Numbered from the stretch's first letter, positions 18,934-29,008 are shown. The stretch is 32,000 bases of DNA from Candidatus Saccharimonadota bacterium (GCA_963706795.1 OY970170.1:960001-992000); one strand, 5' to 3'. Made by a program: numbers and translations. The notes: generated by a model not told the origin, from the letters alone.

Positions 18934-19480
18934 TCCACTCAATCGCTGCTCTTGGGTCAACAACGACCCACTCTACCAGTCATACCACGACGAAGAGTGG
19001 GGAGTTCCCGAGCATGATTCACTCGCACTTTTCGAACTCTTCTGTCTCGAAGGACAACAAGCCGGACTTTCCTGGTTCACGGTGCTCAAGCGTCGAGAGT
19101 CCATGCGACGTGTTTTCGATGGATTCGATCCCGACAAACTCGCTCGCTGGACGGATGATGACATGGCCCGAGCCCTCCTCGATCCCGGGATTATCCGACT
19201 CCCACTCAAGGTCCAAGCCGTCATCAAAAATGCCCGCGCATTCCTCACACTTCGTGATGAAGGCATCGACTTCGCCGACTATCTCTGGAGCTTTGCACCT
19301 GCTGATAAATACACCTATGCGCACGAACGCACGATCACATGTCTCGAGTCCGATGCGATGTCCAAAGCACTCAAGAAACGAGGTTTTGGATTTTGTGGCT
19401 CGACCATCTGCTACGCCTTCATGCAAGCATGCGGGATGGTGGATGATCATGGAGCAGGGTGCTTTCGATACAAGAAATAG
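18926..19480 (+). CDS. tag: DNA-3-methyladenine glycosylase I
   Basis: RCSWVNNDPLYQSYHDEEWGVPEHDS..LEGQQAGLSWFTVLKRRE..ALKKRGFGFCGSTICYAFMQACGMVDDH closely parallels E. coli Tag (recalled). The GTG start overlaps the ileS stop by 8 nt. Confidence 0.9.
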   Translation: MSNPLNRCSWVNNDPLYQSYHDEEWGVPEHDSLALFELFCLEGQQAGLSWFTVLKRRESMRRVFDGFDPDKLARWTDDDMARALLDPGIIRLPLKVQAVIKNARAFLTLRDEGIDFADYLWSFAPADKYTYAHERTITCLESDAMSKALKKRGFGFCGSTICYAFMQACGMVDDHGAGCFRYKK

Positions 19481-19512
19481 AAAAAACCACTGGGTAACCA
19501 GTGGTTTTTTTA
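19481..19512. terminator. Bidirectional terminator between tag and ung
   Basis: AAAAAACCACTGG-GTAA-CCAGTGGTTTTTTT. Confidence 0.8.
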
Positions 19513-19522
19513 TTTGAGACAT

Positions 19523-20185
19523 CTACCCCCACTTCACTTCCTTCTTGTCCCATTTCTTAAGCACTGCATTTGCCTTCGAGAAGCACTTCGATCCAAAGAA
19601 TCCCTTGTGTGCGGAGAATGGACTGGGGTGCGGAGAGCTGAGGATGACGTGTTTGTCCGCGTCGATGAGCGCAGACTTCGCGATGGCATAGTTGCCCCAG
19701 AGGATGAATACGAGGTGATCTTGCGAATCAGAAAGCTGCTTGATGACTTCATCTGTGAACGTTTCCCATCATTTCCCTTGGTGCGAGGCTGGCATTCCAG
19801 ATCTCACTGTGAGCACGCTATTTAAGAGAAGTACTCATTGTTCTGACCAGTCTGTGAGATCAGTGGCAGTGCGCGTGATACCAAGATCTTCCTTTAATTC
19901 CTTGAAAATATTTTGGAGACTTGGTTGTGCCTTAGATCCATTTGGCACGGAAAATGACAATCCCATCGCAGCTCATGGCGTGTGATATGGATCTTGTCCG
20001 AGGATGACAACGCGCACTTTCTCGGGAGGTGTGAGATCGAACGCTCGGAAGATATTTTTCCCTTCTGGGAAACAAGCAGTCGTCGAGTATTCGTTTTTTA
20101 CAAACTGGGTGAGTGTATTCCAGTATGGTTTTTCGAATTCTTCCTTGAGCAGGGAATTCCAAGATGGATGGATTCGAACGGACAT
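19523..20185 (-). CDS. ung: Uracil-DNA glycosylase (family 1), three in-frame TGA
   Basis: [51 protein letters not shown] and [16 protein letters not shown] at 19973-75, 19835-37 and 19769-71 falls on Gly of E. coli Ung (GPGQAHG, RQGVLLLN, SLGWETFT, recalled). TAG stop at 19523-25. Confidence 0.9.
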
Positions 20186-20192
20186 AGTGTGA

Positions 20193-20693
20193 TTAATCGA
20201 TCTTAATATCCCCAGCATCCACTACTTCAGCCTTGATAATCACTACATCCTCAAGTGGTCGGTCATTGCGGTTAGTAGCGACGGATTCGATGGCGTCGAC
20301 GACTTCCATGCCGGATGTGACTTTGCCAAATACTGAGTGCTTGTTATCGAGGTGGCTCGAGACGTCGGCGGCCGTGATAATAAAGAACTGGCTGCCATTT
20401 GTGTTGCGTCCGGCGTTGGCCATGGAGATCATTCCGCGAATATTTTTGAGAGAAGGATCGAATTCGTCCTTAAATGACTTTCCCCAGATACTGTCGCCAC
20501 CCATGCCGGTACCGGTTGGATCTCCGCCCTGGATCATAAATCCCTCAATTACGCGGTGGAAAATAATCCCATCATAGTAACCAGAAGCAGTGAGTCGGAC
20601 GAAGTTTTCGGTAGTGAGTGGAGTCTTCATGGTGAGCTCGAGTTCAATTACGCCGAGCGTAGTTGTAAGTCGGATTTTTGGTGCAGAAGTCAT
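20193..20693 (-). CDS. Cyclophilin-type peptidyl-prolyl cis-trans isomerase
   Basis: [52 protein letters not shown] at 20693; TAA at 20193-95. Confidence 0.9.
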   Translation of the reverse strand: MTSAPKIRLTTTLGVIELELTMKTPLTTENFVRLTASGYYDGIIFHRVIEGFMIQGGDPTGTGMGGDSIWGKSFKDEFDPSLKNIRGMISMANAGRNTNGSQFFIITAADVSSHLDNKHSVFGKVTSGMEVVDAIESVATNRNDRPLEDVVIIKAEVVDAGDIKID

Positions 20694-20756
20694 AGAAAAA
20701 AGTTTAGAATGCGCCAAGTGTATCGAAGTCCGCACTTCCTGCAACCACTCGAAGAC

Positions 20757-20786
20757 ATAAAAAAACCGAAGCAAGGAGCTTCGGCT
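20757..20786 (-). terminator. Intrinsic terminator (minus strand) between the small ORF and the PPIase gene
   Basis: Minus strand reads CCGAAGC-TCCTT-GCTTCGG followed by TTTTTTT. Confidence 0.75.
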
Positions 20787-20804
20787 TAAAGGAGACAGGG
20801 TATC

Positions 20805-21152
20805 TCATCTGGAATGCAGAATTGATACACGTTGTGGCTTTGGAATGGGTCCGAAGAGTGATACGAGATCCACAGAGTTGACCTCGGTATCGGTATTTAC
20901 TGGGGAAGGCGAGAAATACTTCATAGTTTCTTTTCTGACCCAGCTTTGGATGCGCTTCGGCAGTGCTTCGAGTGTGATTGGACGACCAAAATTTTCACAC
21001 ATTTCAAGAATATTTTTCAGCACTTTTTCACCAAGACGGACATGGAAGAGTTCTGATTCATGCTCCCGAAGTAATCTTGGTTGTTCTTTTGCAAGTGCTG
21101 CGGCCAAACTCTGGACGTAGACTTGATGGAACATCAGAGATGGTGAACTCAT
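20805..21152 (-). CDS. Hypothetical small protein, paralog B (115 aa to the TGA)
   Basis: ATG at 21152 is preceded by AAAGGAAGTGAA (SD). It is paralogous to the upstream ORF. The only 'stop' is TGA at 20805-07. Confidence 0.6.
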   Translation of the reverse strand: MSSPSLMFHQVYVQSLAAALAKEQPRLLREHESELFHVRLGEKVLKNILEMCENFGRPITLEALPKRIQSWVRKETMKYFSPSPVNTDTEVNSVDLVSLFGPIPKPQRVSILHSR

Positions 21153-21168
21153 TTCACTTCCTTTCGTT

Positions 21169-21501
21169 TTAGACTGGCACCGCAGGATAGAGAGCTAAAA
21201 GATCAATTTCCTTCATCATATGTTCGCTCAGAGTGCGAACGGTATTGTTGGTATGGCGCAAGACTTCAGTAGCAATCCATGCAACTATAGTCACCGGAAA
21301 TTCAGAGATCTTAGCTTTTCTGTCATTTTGACTGAGCAGAGACTCCATTTGTTCGCGAACTTTGTCACTCAGCAACGGCATGAAATTACCTGGCTTATTG
21401 AGCTTGGTCGGATGAGCTATTGCGACTTGTCTGGCTATCCGTTGGACATCTTTTGGACCAAAAAAGACTGATTTTGCAGAAGTATTTTTGTTTGAAGCCA
21501 T
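21169..21501 (-). CDS. Hypothetical small protein, paralog A (110 aa)
   Basis: ATG at 21501 is preceded by AAAGGAGATATC (strong SD). TAA stop at 21169-71. Confidence 0.65.
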   Translation of the reverse strand: MASNKNTSAKSVFFGPKDVQRIARQVAIAHPTKLNKPGNFMPLLSDKVREQMESLLSQNDRKAKISEFPVTIVAWIATEVLRHTNNTVRTLSEHMMKEIDLLALYPAVPV

Positions 21502-21667
21502 GATATCTCCTTTGATTGTTGGCGATCCGATAGTAAGCATTCCGATCTATTTAGCAATCTTATTTATGAGAGTCAATGATGTAGAAATCTCATTGCATTC
21601 CCAACTCATTTCGCTATACTTCCGGCGTTTTAGATCCGCACCTTGCAAGTGCTTTATCTTTTTTTCT

Positions 21668-22765
21668 ATGCGACACCGAGAGTCTTTTTCTCTTCTGACG
21701 TTTTATAAATTCGTCGATATTTCCGAATCCGAGGCAACGCGCCTCGTCGAAGAGCAGTGGCAATTTACTCACGATCTTGGTCTCAAAGGCCGTGTCTATA
21801 TCGGTACCGAAGGTATTTCTTCGACCGTAACTGGAAACGCAGGTCAACTTTGGGCATACCGAGCATATCTCGAGTCGACTGGATTCTTCAAAGATATCCC
21901 AGATATCGATGTGAAGGCGACTCCCGTAAAAGGTCATCAATTCGAAAAAATGATCGTCAAATATCGCGAAGAAATCGTCACGATGGGCGTCAAAGTAGAA
22001 GCAAAAGAGGTTGAAAAATACCGCAAAGATATGTCGCCCGAAGAATTCAAATCACTCATTGATTCCGGAAAAACCGATGATTATGTCATCATCGACATGC
22101 GTAATGACTACGAATACCGACTCGGACATTTTAAATGAGCGATCCCAGCAGGCACGACAAACTTCCGAGAAGTCCCTAAACTCCTCGAGCGCTACAAAGA
22201 AGCAACCAAAGGTAAAAAAATCATCTGGTACTGTACTGGTGGAATCCGCTGCGAAAAAGCCGCCGTCCTCATGAACAAGGCCGGTATCGAAGATGTCTAC
22301 GCACTCGAAGGTGGTGTTGTAAAATACGTCAATACCCACAATGATGGCAATTGGCTCGGCAATCTCTATACCTTTGATGGACGTGTCTCGACTGAGGTAG
22401 GGGATAGTGTAACACATACGACCATCGGTCAGTGTCTCTATACCGACGAGCTCACCGACAACTGTGAAAACTGTCGCTACGCCCCATGCAATGCCCGACT
22501 TATCACCACTAAAAAGGCCTACAAAAAGCACATGGGATTCTGTAGTGAAGAATGCTACAAAAATGCCCGCCAAGATGGATTTATTCGTACTATGGACTGG
22601 GACTCATTCGACTACAAAGCCCTCCTTCGCAAAGCAAAAAACGAAGGACCCGAAAGTGTAAACACTACACTCCAGTACATCGCGAAACATCTCGATACTG
22701 CACTCGCTGGTGTAACATTCTGTCACGCAAAGAGCCAGAAGGAGACTGAGATTGTGGAGGCGTAA
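21668..22765 (+). CDS. trhO: Rhodanese-domain tRNA U34 hydroxylase TrhO/YceA (UPF0176), one in-frame TGA (22136-22138)
   Basis: IDMRNDYEYRLGHFK-G-AIPAG..KKIIWYCTGGIRCEKAAVLM..ALEGGVVKY plus a C-terminal Cys cluster. The pieces ending at 22138 and starting at 22271 are in one frame. Confidence 0.85.
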
Positions 22766-22770
22766 GCGTC

Positions 22771-23616
22771 CTATCTCACATTCCTCAAGATCACACACAT
22801 TCCGTCTTCGCGAGAAGCCATGACGGAGACGATCTGGTCCTGGTGGATCGCAGCAAATGGCATCCCATTCGTACGACCAAAACGGTTGGCGATGAGGATG
22901 CCATTTTTGATGCTTTGGTATTCTTCTATGGTGATGTTTTCGCTTCGGCCTTTAAAAAATTCGCGCTCATCCATTATAATGGGGCTATTTTCGATGCCAG
23001 GTGATGTGAATGCTCCGATCTGTGAACGGTGGAGTTTTGTTACGACTCAGCCAAGTCCAAAGCGAGCTCCAAGGTCTCGTGCGAGCGATCGCACATAGGT
23101 GCCGCTCGAGACAGATACGCGAAATGACGCAATTGGAAACGCAAAATCCAATACTTCAAAAGAATGCACAGTGATCTCTCGTGCGGCGAGCTCTATATCT
23201 TTGCCGGCTCTCGCGAGATCATAGGCACGTTTGCCGTCAATACGGATCGCGCTATAGAGCGGTGGCGATTGCAGAATCTTCCCAATAAAATGTTCGGAGA
23301 TGCATTGTACGAGATCTGATTTTTGGATTACTTTTCAGTATTCAAATGCTTCCTCTGAGATAGGTTCGGTCTCGGTGCCCAAATCCCATGAAGCGCTCAC
23401 CACAGAAAAATCGACTTCAAATATATATATTTTTTCGAAGTCGTCGAGATAGGGAAGGAGCTTGGTAGATCGATCGGTAGCCGCAATGAGAAGCCCAGTT
23501 GCCAGTGGGTCGAGTGTGCCCGCATGTCCGATTGTCTTGGTTTGAAAAACCTTCCGTAATTTTGCTATTGCGGTAAATGATGAGTGTCGGAATTCTTTTT
23601 CTACGAGCGCAAACAT
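22771..23616 (-). CDS. truB: tRNA pseudouridine(55) synthase TruB, two in-frame TGA (23335-37, 23047-49)
   Basis: GHAGTLDPLATGLL..QSPPLYSAIRIDGKRAYDLARAG..SSGTYVRSLARDLGARFGLG-G-VVTKLHR. I translated every codon from 22972 to 23334 by hand and found no TAA/TAG. TAG stop at 22771-73. Confidence 0.9.
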
Positions 23617-23632
23617 AGTGAAGTCTAACAAA

Positions 23633-23668
23633 GAGTCCTCCTTCGCTCTGAGGAGCTTTGGAGGACTC
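23633..23668 (-). other. Two-tier hairpin between lepB and truB (weak terminator or processing site)
   Basis: GAGTCCTCC..GGAGGACTC outer stem enclosing GCTC-TGAG-GAGC. On the minus strand it is followed only by TTTGTT. Confidence 0.4.
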
Positions 23669-23674
23669 GGGTGA

Positions 23675-24466
23675 TTAATTGAGTTCTTTGTAATCCCAGT
23701 TACGAGGAGTTGAGAGGAATCGTGGCGGATAATCAAATCAGATTTTATCCGCAAATTGAATATTCACTGTTGGAAATATATCAAAACTTTGGAAAACTTT
23801 CACAGAGCCAAGTGTTGCCCAGAGATCCCCAACGATATCATCTCTATGGATAAAATGCGTTGTGTTGCCTACACTACACGAATAAAAACAATCGCGCGAA
23901 TCAGCTGATCCATTGCGGTTATCTCCGAGTAAAAAATACTGACCCTCTGGCACATGAAAGGTGCTATCATTGCTCGTACGACCAGGCATCGTCTTGCCGT
24001 AATTTACAGGCGAGAGATAGTTCTCAATGAGCATTACGAAGTCCTTCGCTCCTGATTTTTTAAGATAAACAAAACCATTGTCGATCTTGATATCATCGCC
24101 AGGGATTCCGATCACACGCTTGATATAAAAATCCTTGCCATTATCAGCATGTGGTTTGATCACAACAACATCTCCACGCTTCGGATCTCCTACCTTAAAT
24201 GCACCAAAATCCGCATAGGTAAATTTATCTACGATAATAAATTCACCATTGTGGTAATTGTCTTCCATCGAGCTTCCGCTGATACGAAATGGTGCGGCGA
24301 TATAGGTGCGTACAAATATCACGAGCACAAGGATAATGACAATGTCACGCAAGAAAGCGATCCATTCATCCATTTTGTGCGGATTGGTCTCGGTCGTTGC
24401 TGTTTGTGCTGGCATCGCTAGGATTTCTTCTGTTGGGTTTGGAGGAGGAAGGGTGGTTTTTGTCAT
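23675..24466 (-). CDS. lepB: Signal peptidase I, one in-frame TGA (23738-40) adding 20 C-terminal codons
   Basis: RISGSSMEDNY (catalytic Ser box), IKRVIGIPGD and LLGDNRNGSADSR. ATG at 24466, 11 nt after the secA stop; a GTG at 24493 is also possible. TAA at 23675-77. Confidence 0.85.
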
Positions 24467-24477
24467 CTTGTGAGAAA

Positions 24478-27216
24478 TTAGCGACCGTGACACTGTTTGA
24501 ATTTTTTACCACTGCCACACGGACATGGGTCGTTGCGTTTTACGTCTTTATATTCTGCTGGAAGGGCTTCAGTTGGGGTATTATTGACCCGTACTACACG
24601 GATACCGTCATCATCACGAGTGTTCTGATTTGAAGCAAAAACTGCAGGTGCTGGACTTGCGAGCATTTCGCTGTCGACTGGAGCGAAGCTGACCTCGAGG
24701 TTTTCGAGGGGGATCTCACGAGATTCGATTGGAACAAATGCTCGAGCTGAGAGAAGACCCTTTGTTACCTTATGTGCGATGGTTTCAACGAGTTCGATAA
24801 ATCGGTCGTAGGCACGTTCTTTATAGACAACGAGAGGATTTTTTTGAGCATATCCTTCGAATGCGACTTCTTCGCGGAGATGGGACATGCGGTCGATATG
24901 AGCCATCCACAGTTCGTCGATGGATGCGAGAGTGAGTGACTTCTCAAAATTTGTGAAGTCCTCGATCGAGAGCCGTTCTTTGATCGTCTCGAGACCTCAG
25001 AGGAGTGATTGCTTCACTACGAGGACGAGCATTTCAGGATCTGCATCGGTGATATATTCTTCCTTCATGACTTCGGATTCTGCAAACTCGTTTACCTTGA
25101 TAACCAAGAGTGAGAGGGGATTTGTCTCTGATTCTTTGTCGTCGAGATCGACCGAATTGACGAGCTTTTCGGCGATACCTTCCATCATCTTTTCGACTTC
25201 TTCGTGGATGTTGTTGTTTTCGAGGATGCGATTGCGGCGTCCGTACATGACGAGACGGTGCTGATTGAGGACATCGTCGTACTCAAGAATATGCTTACGC
25301 ACATCAAAGTTGCGACCTTCTACCTGTTTTTGAACAGTAGTAATACGCTTGGTGAGCATTTTAGATTCAGCGAGTGGCTCATCTGCCGGTACCGAATCAA
25401 AAATCGATGAATTAAATACTGAGAAGAGTTTATCTCCTCCAAATATTCGCATGATATCGTCGGTTGGAGCGACCATAAACTGTGAGAGTCCAGGATCTCC
25501 CTGACGTCCCGAGCGTCCACGGAGCTGATTGTCGATACGTCGTGTTTCGTGTTTTTCGGTTCCGATTACAAAGAGTCCACCGAGCTCATAGGTCTGACCT
25601 GAGAGGACGACTTCTCCTGTAAGTTTTGCAACCTCGTCAGAGATTTTGATATCTGTTCCACGTCCTGCCATATTGGTAGCAATCGTGATGGCTCCGATTT
25701 GACCGGCGTGAGAGATGACTTCGGCTTCGTTTGCATCCTGCTTTGCACTGAGGACTCGATGTGGGATATCTTGCGCCGTAAGAAGCTCAGAGAGCAGCTC
25801 AGATTTCGCAACGGAGACCGTACCTACGAGTATTGGTTGACCCTTTGTGTGGAGCTCTTTGATAAGTCGGACGAGATAGGTGTATTTTCCTTCTTCGTTT
25901 TTAAAGAGGAGATCGGCCTTGTCGCGGCGGATCATTGGGCGATTCGTAGGAATCTGGATGACTTCTAGGTGGTAGATTTTGTAGAATTCTTCTTCTTCAG
26001 TTTTAGCAGTACCCGTCATTCCAGCGAGCTTTTTGTAAAGTCGGAAATAGTTTTGGAATGTTATTGATGCAAGAGTTCGAGACTCTTGCTGGATCGTGAT
26101 TCATTCCTTGGCTTCGATCGCCTGATGAAGTCCATCAGAATATCGTCGTCCCGCAAGTACGCGGCCGGTGTGCTCATCGATGATGAGTGCCTCATCTTTG
26201 CGGATGAGATAATCGACATCGCGCTGATACACAACATTCGCCTTGAGGGCATTTTCGATATGATGAATATCGTTGTAGCTCTCAGAGGCGTAGATGTTTT
26301 CGACACCGAGCATTTTTTCGATTTCGGCGATACCGTCTTCGGTGAGGGTGGCTGTTTTTTGTTTCTCATCGATCTTGTAATGTGTCTCTATCTTGAGAAC
26401 ACGAGCCATTTCAGCGAACTTCAAATATTTAGAAGTCGGCTCACTGTCAGGTGCAGAAATAATGAGTGGAGTTCGAGCTTCGTCTACGAGAATCGAGTCT
26501 ACTTCGTCTATGATCGCAAAGAAGAGTGGTCCCATCGAGCGTCGCTCGACTGAGGTCACCATATTATCTCGGAGATAATCAAATCCGAGTTCATTGTTCG
26601 TCGCGTAAACGACATCTCGACGGTAGTTTTCTTGCTTTTGAGCAGGGGATTGGCCGTGTACAACAATACCTACGGAGAGTCCGAGTGTATTATAGATGAT
26701 TCCCATTTCCATGGCATCACGACTCGCGAGGTAGTCATTGACGGTTACAACATGTACTGGATATCCAGCAAGTGCATTGAGAGAAGCAGCGATAGTAGCG
26801 ACGAGAGTCTTTCCTTCTCCGGTTTTCATTTCGGAGATATTTCCGCCATGGAGCGTGAGCGCACCTAAAAGCTGAACATCGTAGGGAATCATATTCCATA
26901 CAACACTATGACCATCCTCGAGGACAAATTCTTGGCCAGCAATAATGCGACATGCAGTTCGGTGAAGCGCAAAAGCCTCGTGCTTTACGCTTTCGAGGCG
27001 ACGTTTGATCTCTTTGAGATCTTCGGGATTTCGGATATCGAGCCCAACAAATTCGGCCTTGAGTTTTGCGGTATATGCCTGCACAGCCTCAACGGTCGTG
27101 ATTTCAGAAGCAAATCGTGCTTCGATTTCACGAATACGATCGAGCTCCTTTTGGTAACTACGAAGACGCTTCTCCCCGGGATCACCGAAGAGCGCTTTTA
27201 AAAGAGAAGAAATCAT
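24478..27216 (-). CDS. secA: Preprotein translocase ATPase SecA, 912 aa, two in-frame TGA (26101-03, 24997-99)
   Basis: The three track pieces are one frame (2739 nt). [44 protein letters not shown] matches E. coli ..[37 protein letters not shown] (recalled). C-terminal Zn motif CPCGSGKKFKQCHG. Confidence 0.95.
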
Positions 27217-27230
27217 TCCTGGGTTGGGTA

Positions 27231-28565
27231 CTATTTGCTGCTAAAAAAACTATCTACTACTTTGCGGTATGCGAGTCGTGTCTTGATGTCCTCGTAATAC
27301 GTATCACCTGGAACGAGTTTTTCTTTGAGACGCTTCACAACATCTGCATTCTGGTATTGAGCAAGAATACCATTGATTTCCATCTGAATTTCTTCATTAG
27401 AAGCTTCTACACCTCGGATGTCTCGAACCTTTTTGAGGATGAGTTCTGCAGCAACACGGCGACGAGCTTCTTTTTGGATAACTTCGTTCTTGTATTGTGT
27501 TTCATCCATCTTCATGTGCTCGAGGTAGGCCTTCATATTGTAGCCCTGACCTTCGAGGTTAGATTTTTGTTCATTGTAGATAGCCTCAGCTTCGCGTCCA
27601 ACGAGGTTTTCACCCACTTCGTATGTAGCGATGGCTTCGAGTTCTGTGAGGAGCTTCCCTTCGTCTTCTTCACGAGCACGACGCTCTTTTTCTCCGAGAA
27701 TTTCCTTCTCAAGAATATCCTTAAATCCAGCCATATCCGTCTTTACACCACGAAGTTTCTCAATGAAATCTGGAGTCCATTCTGGAGTGTGTGGTTTTTC
27801 AACCTTTTCGATCTGAGATACAAAATATACCTTTCGCTTCTTAAAAGCTTCAGAGTGGTAATCCTCAGGGAAAGTAATGTCGAATTCTACGGTTTCTCCT
27901 ACCTTTGCACCTACGAGTTTCTCCTCAAATCCAGGAATAAACTGAGCGCTTCCGATAACGAGTGGGAAATTCTGAACCTTTGTCTCAGGAATCGCGTCAC
28001 CACCCTTTTTGTCATAACCTTGTGTACTGAGTGTGACACGGTCATTTGTTTCGATTGCAGTCTTTGATGCGTCAAAACCATCATCATGGCTGTGACCTGC
28101 TTCATGAAAATGCGTAAATCGCTTGTTGATATCGGCGATTGCGTCTTCAACTTCTGACTTTTCAACTTTTACAGTTGTCTTTTTAATCGTGATTTTATCG
28201 AGCTTCTTCATATCGAGTTCGATCTCTGGAAGCACTTCGATCTCGAGAGTGATCTCGATAGGTGAGAGTGACTTCATATCAGTAACTACTCCAGCGGCGA
28301 TCGGAGTGATCTGTGCCTTGTCGAGCATTTCTGAATAATTTTTGTCGAGGTAATAGTTGATCGCACGCTCGTCGATTGCGGCCTGACCGAACTCCTTGAT
28401 CACAATAGCTTCAGGAATCTGAGCACCCTTTCGGAAACCCTTGATTTCTGCATTTTTACCAAGATTGGCAATAACGCTCGCTCGAGCTTTGTCGAATTCT
28501 TTAGCGTTGTCGGTAATAGTGAGACTTACTTTCGATCCTGGGATCTTTTTGACTTCTACTTTCAT
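27231..28565 (-). CDS. tig: Trigger factor
   Basis: MKVEVKKIPGSKVSLTI.., an FKBP-like middle region (VTLSTQGYDKKGG..FPLVIGSAQFIPGFEEKLVG) and a helical C-terminal domain. ATG at 28565; TAG at 27231-33. Confidence 0.9.
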   Translation of the reverse strand: MKVEVKKIPGSKVSLTITDNAKEFDKARASVIANLGKNAEIKGFRKGAQIPEAIVIKEFGQAAIDERAINYYLDKNYSEMLDKAQITPIAAGVVTDMKSLSPIEITLEIEVLPEIELDMKKLDKITIKKTTVKVEKSEVEDAIADINKRFTHFHEAGHSHDDGFDASKTAIETNDRVTLSTQGYDKKGGDAIPETKVQNFPLVIGSAQFIPGFEEKLVGAKVGETVEFDITFPEDYHSEAFKKRKVYFVSQIEKVEKPHTPEWTPDFIEKLRGVKTDMAGFKDILEKEILGEKERRAREEDEGKLLTELEAIATYEVGENLVGREAEAIYNEQKSNLEGQGYNMKAYLEHMKMDETQYKNEVIQKEARRRVAAELILKKVRDIRGVEASNEEIQMEINGILAQYQNADVVKRLKEKLVPGDTYYEDIKTRLAYRKVVDSFFSSK

Positions 28566-28728
28566 AATTTGCGTACAAAAAATAACCTGCCAATTATATG
28601 AAAAACGGGCGAAATACAAATTGCATTGAGCCTAAATTGCCGTCTCTTTCAGGAATTTAAGTTTTGTTTAATAAAACATCCAAAATCCTCAGGAGATACT
28701 CTCGAAAATACATGTGAAATATTCAGTT

Positions 28729-28756
28729 TTGACAAAAATTATTGCCATCGTATAGT
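28729..28756 (+). promoter_or_regulatory. Near-consensus promoter TTGACA-N16-TATAGT
   Basis: TTGACA at 28729-34 and TATAGT at 28751-56. Predicted TSS is near 28763. Confidence 0.6.
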
Positions 28757-28762
28757 CTCACT

Positions 28763-29008
28763 CGAGTCGGTATCAATATATATGTGTATGTGGCAATGAA
28801 TGTGGATACGTCCCGTGTTGCCCAGCGCAGCACTATTTCATTGAAATATTTCGGAGGTTTTTTCCGAAGTACTGGCTGACGATCCGGTGTTAAGTTATAA
28901 CACGTACGACGAGTAATTTCGTTTGTATGAGTTGCATCGGGCTCCGTCTCCTCCCTGAGATATCGATTCGCTAAATTCAAGAGGCCGTTTTTACGGCCTC
29001 TTTTCAAT
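28763..29008 (+). ncRNA. Candidate structured non-coding RNA (about 210-nt core plus terminator), class unknown
   Basis: The 5' segment CGAGUCGGUAUC (28763-74) pairs over 12 bp, two of them G-U, with GAUAUCGAUUCG (28959-70). Internal hairpins lie at 28804-13, 28815-33, 28834-48, 28850-68, 28871-88 and 28906-26. There is no convincing ORF or RBS. The unit has its own promoter and terminator. Confidence 0.55.
28979..29008 (+). terminator. Intrinsic terminator of the candidate RNA
   Basis: AGAGGCCG-TTTTTA-CGGCCTCT followed by TTTCAATT. Confidence 0.75.

Noticed and set aside
23633-23668. An apparent repeat family of two-tier hairpins with a GCTC-NNNN-GAGC apex at 13953-13982, 23633-23668 and 31644-31677. 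Two copies share CTTCGCTCTGA(G/T)GAGCT.
   Set aside because: A 17/18 match is expected about once by chance among all position pairs in 32 kb on both strands, by my rough estimate. The three copies also have different plausible roles (T-box helix, intergenic hairpin, ftsZ terminator). This is not enough to call a repeat element, though a genome-wide count would settle it.
24478-27216. The fragmented genes (secA in 3 pieces, the cyclase, truB, ung and others) could be read as pseudogenes or frameshifted relics.
   Set aside because: All interruptions are single in-frame TGA codons with no frame change. They fall at conserved Gly positions, and the flanking sequence remains well conserved. That is recoding, not decay.
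27117-28067. Long antisense 'shadow' ORFs appear in the track, for example 27117..28067(+), 10299..10919(+), 22052..22573(-), 15811..16410(-), 15199..15702(-), 19014..19517(+), 19019..19522(-) and 694..1131(+).
   Set aside because: Each lies opposite a confidently identified gene (tig, the FecR protein, trhO, ileS, tag/ung, mraY). Each has low-complexity or improbable composition and no start signals.
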